A program made the translations under genes and the position numbers. Under the pieces are notes generated by a model. That model was not told where the DNA came from and did no database searches. It was given only the letters and a program-made list of their open reading frames with translations. Below, piece after piece: positions 1 to 9,287 of a stretch of 19,697 nt of DNA. How positions within the stretch are numbered: the stretch's first letter is position 1; each line of letters begins with the position of its first letter. The stretch spans positions 1 to 19,697 of the forward strand of contig NW_021824181.1 of the NCBI RefSeq assembly GCF_006345805.1, given 5' to 3'. The DNA is from Octopus sinensis (taxonomy: Eukaryota).

Positions 1-393
1 TATTCTTTTTAAGTCCAGCGGTTCTTGACAAGCCGCTAATTGGCGGGGATGTAAACACCCCAGCATCGGTTGTCAAGCGATGTTGGAGGGACAAAAAGGC
101 ACACACACTCACACACACATATATGTATATATATATTTATATACGACGGGCTTCTTTCAGTTTCCATCTCCCAAATATATTCATACACACACACACGCAC
201 ATATTATATATATATATATATGTACATATTTACGACGGGGCTTCCTTCAGTTTCTGTCTACCAGATTCACTCACAAGGCTTTGGTCGCCCGAGTCTATAG
301 CAGAAGTCACTCGCTCAAGGTGCCACGCAGTGGGACTGAACCCGGAACCATGTGCTTGGTTCGCAAGCTACTTAACGCACCGCCAACCCCGCC
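1..393 (-). mobile_element. tRNA-derived SINE, family A (internal microsatellite), 3' end truncated by the window edge
   Basis: B-box GGTTCAGTCCC (reverse complement at 332-342). The head and the post-microsatellite segment (ACATCGCTTGACAACCGATGCTGG) match the + strand copies at 8849 and 9326. Confidence 0.85.
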
Positions 394-519
394 TCTATTT
401 CGAGAGTCATCTCCACTTACTTGCCATCTCCTATTCCAACTTAAATCTACTTCCGGCATCAGTAAATTTGAAATTAATTTGGACCCGGATCCGGTGCAAC
501 CGTTTCAAACTAAACTGAG
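394..519 (+). promoter_or_regulatory. Candidate promoter and non-coding first exon of the ankyrin gene
   Basis: ETS-type ACTTCCGG at 449-456, donor-like GAG|GTAAGG at 519/520, and a Sp/KLF-type GGGCGTGGC at 700-708. Splicing to 3232 would place an in-frame TGA (516-518) three codons upstream of ATG 3237. Motif evidence only. Confidence 0.3.
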
Positions 520-841
520 GTAAGGCAGGCTTTTTTATTTCATTTGGGACCATTTAACGCTTGAATGAACATCCTTTCATCTTAAACTCTGTCTGTGTGT
601 CTATAAATTAATGATACGATATTAATTATCGTAAAAGTGCGTGATCCAATTATGAGATCAGGAAATTAATGCTTTTGTTTTTCGTTACGAAACTTACAAG
701 GGCGTGGCCGCTTTGTGGGGGACAGAGATGGAGGTAACACAGAGTAGGGTCTCTGTTAAGTCAGCCTGAAATGGTGGGGTTTTGTGTAGATGTTTTAACA
801 AGGGTGGATTTCACCGCTGTGGAATCTGGGTACCATTTAAT

Positions 842-1035
842 TAAGAAGAGTGGTCCTGGTGCGCGCACTCGTTTACTCGCGCACGCGCGCTAGATAGTCG
901 TGACTAGTCGATCCTACAACGACTACCTAGCAAAGTAAATGAAACACAAAAACACAAAGTAAGGATCGACTAGTCACGACTAGCTTGCTCGGATGCGCTT
1001 GTACGCGATTGCGCGCACCGGGACCACTCGTCTTA
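842..1035. mobile_element. Fold-back or MITE-like element with 74-bp imperfect inverted arms and a 46-nt spacer
   Basis: 842-915 aligns ungapped to the reverse complement of 962-1035 at 62/74 (hand count). Flanks read as TA...TA or TTAA...TTAG. The inverted repeat is certain; the MITE call is inference. Confidence 0.6.
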
Positions 1036-1544
1036 GGTTGTACCCTGTAAATTAATGTGTGTCTATAAATTAAAGCTGAATATGTGTGTGTGTGTGTATG
1101 TGTGTGTGTGTGTGTGTAAAAGTGATAAAGTCAAGTTTCATGTATTTAGTGTCTGTAACTGTAACTCCCTCCCACTCCTTTTGCTGTTTTAGCTTTCTTT
1201 CTGACCTGTCCATAAATTATCTTTACAACTTCCACACTTCCGAACTTCAAATTGTAAACCCAGTGTTTATTTCAATACCTCGCTTCCTCCATTTCCTCCC
1301 TATCTTATTCTTCTCTTAGCCTATGTTATTAAGTCTGCTATGCGTATGTGTGTGTGTGTGTGTATAATATATACGAGCATTCCCCAGGCCTTTGTCTCCG
1401 TGTGTAGTGTACACAAATGTATTCATAAAACATCTTTCGTAATGCTTATGTATTAAGATCTTAATTAAAGGTTACAAGTCGATACCCTTCACAAGAAATA
1501 GTTTTAAATTCCAACCTTAAGTACACACACTCATATAGACACAC

Positions 1545-1700
1545 ACACTTATATATATATATATACACACATATATATATATCTATATATATACACACAC
1601 ACACACACACACATATATATATTATATATATACATATATATATACGTATATATACATACATATATATATATGTACATATATATATACACATATATAATTA
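1545..1700. repeat. Compound (TA)n/(CA)n microsatellite
   Basis: Direct reading of the sequence. Confidence 0.95.
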
Positions 1701-1711
1701 TGTAGTCACAT

Positions 1712-1912
1712 GATCGATTATACTGCAGGATGTTACACATCACTTGTCACAATGTGCTTTGCATCGTTTTACGTTTTCAATGATGCCACTCCACTGGTTA
1801 GGAAAGCAGGCGAACATTCGGAAATCTTGGGAAAGGAAGGGCATTGCAAGAATCAAACCCACGATCTAGCTATTGTGAGGGTAACACCCGAATCACTATG
1901 CCATACAGCTAC
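1712..1912 (-). mobile_element. Diverged tRNA-derived SINE, family C
   Basis: A-box-like TGGCATAGTGA (reverse complement at 1893-1903) and B-box-like GGTTTGATTC (reverse complement at 1850-1859) at tRNA-like spacing, flanked by microsatellites. Confidence 0.55.
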
Positions 1913-2300
1913 TCACACATGCACACTAGTATACACATACATAGACTTATATATGTACGTTTATGCATATAAAGCAATCATTTTACACCTTTTCTCCATA
2001 CTACCATGGGTTGTATGAGTATATTATTGATCCATTCTTTTTGGATCTGGATCCCCTTCATGTTATTAACCCTTACCAGTTGTTCAAGGGATCACTTATT
2101 CCAATGGTTCGTCTATTAACAGGGAAAATGATAATCTAATCGTTCATAGCTGAGCAATTTTCAGTAAAAGCAAATGGAAACATACACACACACACTCAAG
2201 CAGGTGTGTGCATATATATATGCATACGTACACTCACACAAACACACAGACATTTCATTTTGGCAGTTTTTTCACTGGTCCTCAGATTTTGTCAGTGGTG

Positions 2301-2412
2301 TACGATGGGCTTCTCTCAGATTATCTCTATTTAATCCACTCAGAAGCCTTGATCAGCCATGGGATTTAGAAGAAGTTACTTGCCCAAGGTGTCATACAGT
2401 GGGACAAAACTG
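2301..2412 (-). mobile_element. Diverged family A SINE fragment
   Basis: The reverse complement contains CCCACTGTATGACACCTTGGGCAAGT...GAGTGGATT...GAAGCCCATCGTA, matching the family A head region. Confidence 0.65.
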
Positions 2413-2562
2413 GTGGTTGGCGTTTGGAAGGGCATCCAGCTGTAAAATCCCTTCCAAAATAGACAGTAGCCCAGGGTAGTTCTTTTCTACCTGGCCTGCT
2501 CCTGTCACCCATCTTACTCATGAATGGATGAAAAGTGGACGTTAAGTGATGATGGCAATGAT
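2413..2562 (+). mobile_element. RTE-type 3' tail fragment (LINE 3' UTR or partner-SINE tail)
   Basis: GGTTGGCGTTTGGAAGGGCATCCAGCTGTA and AGTGGACGTTAAGTGATGATG match the reverse complements of the 3' ends of the RTE copies at about 13120-13290 and 17428-17580. Confidence 0.65.
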
Positions 2563-2564
2563 AT

Positions 2565-2662
2565 ATGAATATATATATATTGGAAATATATATATATATA
2601 AATATATATATATATAAATATATATATATAAAATATAATATATATAAATATATATATATATA
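2565..2662. repeat. Interrupted (TA)n microsatellite
   Basis: Direct reading of the sequence. Confidence 0.95.
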
Positions 2663-3236
2663 ATGGAAATTTATTAAATAATTATGAAATAGTCATAAAG
2701 ATATTTTCAAAAATCTATAAAGTAAGCACTTGTTAATAGTGTCTGATTCGATCTCATCTACTTTGCTAGTGTTTTGACAAAAATCAATACAGGAGGTTTT
2801 ATTGAACAAACTCTGTTTCATTGATTCTTTAAATATTTTTCGTAAATTTACCTTTCTCTGGAGAATCAGTTTGTCTTTGATATAAAGTGCCCTCCACTGT
2901 AGCTGGGGTATGATCCACAGATTTATAGCTCAACATGTACGCTGCCTCTACGTAGCTGACCAACAGACTGTACATTCCAATATTGAGGGTTTAATTGTAA
3001 CCAGTCAATCTGTAATCTAACCTAGAGACACAACACAACGACTGTTGTTAGGTTTATTAGTGTCAAGAAGAACATTCAGCTATGAATAATACTTTAGATA
3101 AACTGAAGTTTACAATATCAATGTTATCTTTTGCAAGATTTTAGAACCATTAATTTCTGTTTATTGTTGTTTAACTCATTTTATAAGTTTTTCGAAACTG
3201 TTTTACTCTTTTTTTGACATCTTTTATTCAGAAGAC

Positions 3237-3314
3237 ATGGACTCAATCTATAATAAAATTTGTAATAATGATGTGGAAGGATTGAAAATCTTACTTGAGG
3301 AGGAGCCAGGCAAA
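3237..3314 (+). CDS. Ankyrin gene coding exon 1 (exon starts at 3232, ATG at 3237; N-cap [26 protein letters not shown])
   Basis: A long T tract ending TTCAG (AG at 3230-3231) precedes it and the donor is AAA|GTAAGT at 3315. Phase 0 matches the next exon, and the peptide resembles a degenerate ankyrin helix pair. Confidence 0.75.
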
Positions 3315-6300
3315 GTAAGTTGTTCTGTTTATTGCTTTCTCAAATTTGCCTATTTCTTTATTATTTTATACGCAATTTGAAAACTTCAAACTAACTCCAT
3401 ATATTTCTCCATAATATTTCTTTTCTTTCTTCATCTCTTTCCTCTAATTGCCATTAATATTATAATAAAAGTATTGACCAAGGCAGCAAGATGGCAGAAT
3501 CATTAGCATGCCAGGTGAAATGTTTCGTCTGTGTTTACGTTCTGAGATCAAATTCCGCCGAGGTCGACTTTTCTTGTCATCCTTCCTAGGTCGGTATATT
3601 AAGTACTAGTTGCCTACTGTGGTCGGTCTAATCGACTGGCCCCCTCCCCAAAAATGTCAGGCCTTGTGCCTTGAGTAGAAAAAGAATATTATTCTTGACC
3701 AAATTTTTAGCATGGCAAAGTAGATGGAATGTGAATGTGAGAGAAACCCATCATCACACACTGCAAGGGAGTATTCTGACATGAAATTTTCAGATGAGAT
3801 GAGAAACAGATGGAATCTGTTCATGGATGGTGGCTTTTTAAAGAAGTCCTCTTGCCATACGCAGTCGAAGGTTTTACTGATGTCAAGGGCTACACCATTT
3901 TATGCAGATTTTGTCAAACATATGAAAACACTGGTGTGTCACATATGTACCAAGCCCCTCTTGATCTGGCTTTATAAAATTGTACTGGTGAGCATTGAAT
4001 AATGAAAGATACCTAAAGGGACAAATATGATGGTTGTTTGTGACTTTTTACTTCATAATTGAACCATTGGAAGTTAGAATGACTGGATGGTAGTCACTCG
4101 ATAAGATATTGTCTGCAGGAATATTGAGCAGGATTTCCCAGTGAGCTCAGTACTACTAATGTGTGGGGGCGCTGTGGGAAAATAGCATATGAGGTCATGT
4201 ATATATGAAACACAAATAATGTGTACCCGAGTTTTACTGAAGCTATGTATCAACGGTTGGATCAGTAAAGAAAACTAAGTGGGGAAGCATCAAGTATTCA
4301 CTTATTCTGGTGAAGGTTCTGTGGTAAGTAGTCACCCATGTCAAGACTAGGATCGAGAGGGAAATTAATCTGATCTGGTATTAATTGAAACGACATTAAA
4401 AATGTGTTATATAGAGTCGTAGCAAGGAAAGGGACATTGAGAAATCCTTGGTAAATGAAAAGAAACCACATTTAAAAGGTTTGAGAATCCCTGGTATAGG
4501 ACCGTCATGGTTAGGAAGCAGTTGGTAGAATGATTCTGTTAAATTTATAGAGATTCTGTTGGTAGGAGACCAGAAATCTTGGTTTTAAATTAGGAGTGAA
4601 GAGAACTGACAGATGGTGAAATGCAGAAACGCATCCATCCATCTGACCATCATACCTGTAATTCAATGGTGGGTGTATGTCTGCCACTTTGTGATGGTAG
4701 GTGTTTTCCTCCAGATGATGTTGATATTGTTGTCTAAACAGATGTATTACAGTTGTGTATGAACAACTCACACCTTTTAACATTTTGTATGGCTACAAAG
4801 TACTAACGAAGCACTTAATTTAAAATGAAGCACTGCCTTATTTATGTTTTTATTCCCCTATCGTTTCCTTTCATTTGTATCCACTTTTTCATATTTTGAA
4901 CATATTCAACAGAAGTTGGTGTCATCCAGAAGTTCCCACAGATATCTAGTCTCAAATAATTACTTTGTATTAGATTCAGTGACAAACATAAAGTGGTTTT
5001 CTTTCTCTTCATTGAGCTTATGCATGAATTGAACCATCTTCCTATGCATTTCGGGGAGCATGGTAATCAGGGAGGGCAGTAAGGTAACCAACAAAATCAG
5101 GCCCCAAGTGCAAGGAGCATTCCATCAATAGAGGTAAATCCTAGTAAATGACTTGAAAAGATGTTTGACAAGTCGCTGTCAGAGAGAAGCAATGTCACCA
5201 AAATTGTGAAGCAAGCAGAGGAGTGGCTGATGAGGATTGATAGATCAGGGCTTCCAGGAAAGTTCAGGGCATGGCTCTACCAACACAGACTGCTCCCAAG
5301 ACTCATATGGTTGCTGACGCTGTATGATGCTCCAATGACAAGTGTGGAAAGGGTGGAGAGAAAGATAACTAAATACCTCCGAAGATTGCTAGGAGTTTCC
5401 CAAGCTTCACTTCAGTAGGCCTGTCCATAAGATCTGGAAGGCTACAACTTCCCCTGTTGTATTTAATGGAGGAATTTAAAGTAGCAAAATGTAATGTAAT
5501 GATGTACAGAGTCTCTAAGGACGAGCTTGTCAGACCTGCAGGTATTACCACAAGGTGTGGGTAACTAGCACCGCTTTCGCTCAGGCTGAAGGCATACTGG
5601 AGCCACGCGTCATAATTGGAGTTACATGTTGGGGTCACCAGGGACTTGGCTCTTCCTATTTCCAACAATAGAAGAAAGTAGACACCAAGGAGAGGCGGGA
5701 TATGACCGAGAAAGCGGTGCGGTACCAGGAGGAAGATAAAAGGAAATCAAGAGCTGTGGAGTTGGTATCTCTGAGTGCATGGACTAAATGGGATCTCCCT
5801 AAGAGGAAGCTCACATGGACTGACCTGTGGAGGCTGGAACCTTTGCACATCTCCTTCCTGCATGGAGCAGTGTATGACACACTCCCGACGTCAACAAACC
5901 AGGACAGATAAGGTTTGAGGGAAGACCAGCTGTGTAGACTTTGTGGGAAAGGGGCACTCTGGCACACATCCTGGCAGGGTGCAGAATAACAGAAAGAGAG
6001 AGAGAAAAAGGGTAAAGAGAGAGAAAGTGAGAAAAGAAAGAGAAGGATAGGAATGAAAGAGGGAGATAGAGAGAGAAAGAAGGAGAGAAAGAGGAAAGAA
6101 AACGAGAAAGAGAGTGAGAGACAAAGAGAGAAAAGAGAGAGAGAGAGAGAGAGAGAAAATGGAATTTCTCTATTTCACATGTCCTCACTTTCTTCATTAC
6201 AGATTAATAAACCTATTGATGGAGATGGAACAACTCCTTTAATCTTTGCCTCTCAAGTGGGCGCCGATAGAAGAATCATCGACATTTTGATAAAAGCTGG

Positions 6301-8260
6301 TGCGAAGTTGGGAGCGAAAGACGGATTGAGTGGTTGGACAGCTTTGCATTGGGCTGTGAGGAGGTAAGTTGAGAATCAAGTAAAATCTGCAGATGTGTTT
6401 TTGTTTGTAAATTTGTTGCAATTGCAGACACAGGTTCAATATCCAAACAGGCCAGAGTAGTGGCAGTGGGACAGCAGCACAACAGCAGACTAGCAAACAA
6501 CAACAACAACAACAACAAGCTTCTCTTTAGTCATCGATCCAATTCATTAGTCATTATTCAATCATAACAATCCCCATGATGATGATGATAACGGCGATGA
6601 TGATGACGATGACGGTATTGATGATGTCGATCATGATGATGGTGTTGATTATGATGATGATGATGATGGAGGCGATGATGGTGATGCTGCTGCTGCTGAT
6701 TATGATGATAATGATAATGATGATGATGATGATAACGACGATGATGATGATGACGATGATGATGATGACTGTGATTATGCCGATGATGATGATTATAATT
6801 ATAGTGGCGATGAATGATGATGATGACGACGATGATGATGATGATTATGATGATGACGATGATAACCACGATGATGAAGCTGATGATGGTGATGGTGATG
6901 ATGATGATGATGATTATGTGTTGTGATAACGACGATGATGAAGATGACGATGGTGATGGTGATGATGATGATATGATGATGATGACGGTAATGATGATGA
7001 TGACGACATGATGATGATGATGATACGATGATGATGATGATGAATGTTGATAATAATGATGATGATGATGATGATGATGAGATGATGACGACAATGATTA
7101 TGATGATTATCGTGATGATGACGATGATATGATGATATGATGTAATATTATGATGATTATGATGTTATATTATGATGATGATGATGATAATGATTTGATG
7201 TGATATTGATGAGGTTGATCTTGCTGTTGATGATGCGTAGATGCGATGATGATGATGATGATGACGATGATGATGACGATGATGATGATGGTGATGATGA
7301 TGATGATGATGATGAAATGTGATGATGATGATATTAATGAGGTTGATCTTGCTGTTGATGATGGTGTTGATGATGATGATGATGATTATGATTATAGTGG
7401 TAATGAATGGATAATATTGATTATGATGATATTGGAGATGTCGAAGATGATAATGATGATGATGGTGTTGGCAATGAGGTGATGATGAGAAGGCTCTGAT
7501 GATGATGATGATGATGTGATTATGTCAATGATGGAGTGTGGCAATGATGATGATGGTAATGATGTTGATGAACATATTGATGATAATAGTGCAGGTGATG
7601 AAGATGGTGATGATGATGATGGCGATGATGATGATGGCGATGATGGCGATGATGATGATGGCGATGATGATGATGATGATTTTGTCAATGAAGGAGGTGG
7701 TGGCAATGATGATGATGGTAATGATGTTGATGAACACGATATTGATGATAATAGTGCAGGTGATAATGATGATGATGATGATGACGATAATGTTTCGTCT
7801 CAAAGCCAAAATATTTTCATATTTAATGTAAATTAGTCAATGTTTCTATCTTTTACCCTCAGGAATCACCTTCAAGCAGTGGAGATATTATTATCTCGGG
7901 GAAGTGAGGTAAGTATCTTATTTATATCCTTTCGTATGTTCTACTGAAGACGAAAGAATCTATTATGAGATTAATTTCGAAATTGATTCAATATAGAAAT
8001 AACGAACTTTTAAAAAAACATTCTATCGTCCGGCTTTCCCCGATTTCAGTTCTTCGTGTTTTTTTGTTTTTTTTGTAGCGAGTAAATAATATGTGGAAAT
8101 TGCCGATTTAAAAGTCTGTTATCAGCAAATTGTCATTGAAATACTTTTCTTTAGCCCTTATTTATAAGTTGTTTATAATTTAACTGTAAAGTTATTTTAA
8201 TATGCTGCCACATTTTTTGATGGAATATTTTTCTGTAAAAAAAACTTCATCCTATATTAG

Positions 8261-8307
<47 letters not shown>

Positions 8308-8526
8308 CAAAAACTGTCTGATGAACGGCAACGAGAAACTCAGATTAACAGATTTTGTTGAATTTTCTGCTGCTTTAAATAAAGTATATATATATATATA
8401 TATTAGTATATTATATATATATATATATACACATATATATATATATATATAAATATGTATGCACACGTATATATGAGTATGTACACACACCCACACACAC
8501 ACCCACACACACACACACACACATAC

Positions 8527-8559
<33 letters not shown>

Positions 8560-8801
8560 CTTCTTGAGCCCCCGTATTTTCCCCCATATCTTTCTGGTGT
8601 TTCCTACTTTTTAATGATAATCATTGATTTTCGATGACGATTATGTTGAGAAAACAGAAGCATTTGATTAGTTTCAAACAAATCACAACTCCAGAGATAA
8701 TCGTTGATTAAGACATTGAAAGGGATGGATTTTCAGAAAATTTCATTAAGAAATGTATATTAAAAAGCTTCATGAGGAACTACAACAACAATATATATAT
8801 A

Positions 8802-8850
<49 letters not shown>

Positions 8851-9256
8851 CACAAGAATGGCTGTGTGGTAAGTCGCTTGCTTACAAAGCACATGGTTCC
8901 GGGTTCAGTCCCACTTGGGCAAGTGTCTTGTACTTTAGCCTCGGGCCGACCAAAGCCTTGTGAGTGGATTTGGTAGACGGAAACTGGAAGAAGCCCGTCC
9001 TATATATGTATATATATATATATATTTATATATATATTTGTGTGTTTGAGTGTGCGTGTTTGTTACTCACCATCGCTTGACAACCGATGCTGGTGTGCTT
9101 ACGCTCTCGTAACTTAGCGGTTCGGCAAAGAGATCGATAGAATAAGTACTAGACTTACAAAGAATAAGTCCTGGTCGCAATGTCCTCGACTAAATGTGGT
9201 GCTCCAGCATGGCCACAGTCAAATGATGGAAACAAGCAAAAGAGTAAAAAAGATCT

Positions 9257-9287
<31 letters not shown>

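Noticed and set aside
70-523. ORFs 70..300, 80..523 and 123..518
   Set aside because: They read through the antisense strand of a SINE and its TA/CA microsatellite, and have no domain-like sequence.
842-1035. Canonical pre-miRNA call for the large hairpin
   Set aside because: The 74-bp stem and 46-nt loop are larger than typical animal pre-miRNAs, and it cannot be called without small-RNA reads.
3724-4783. ORFs 3724..4002 and 4511..4783 in a purine-biased intronic stretch
   Set aside because: No recognisable motifs or splice-phase fit. It may be a very old repeat, but I cannot classify it.
6053-6202. Charged N-terminal extension ([10 protein letters not shown]...) in frame with exon 2
   Set aside because: It is the translation of a GA tract that cannot contain stops. 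A good acceptor at 6202 and a phase-matched upstream exon explain the frame.
6558-7836. Poly-Asp, poly-Met and poly-His ORFs
   Set aside because: These are frames of the (GAT)n tract. The register shifts repeatedly, and exons 2 and 3 join in phase without it.
8712-8765. Peptide [18 protein letters not shown], faintly like a Penelope-type RT C-terminal motif
   Set aside because: It is too short, has a stop immediately upstream, and has no supporting motifs nearby.
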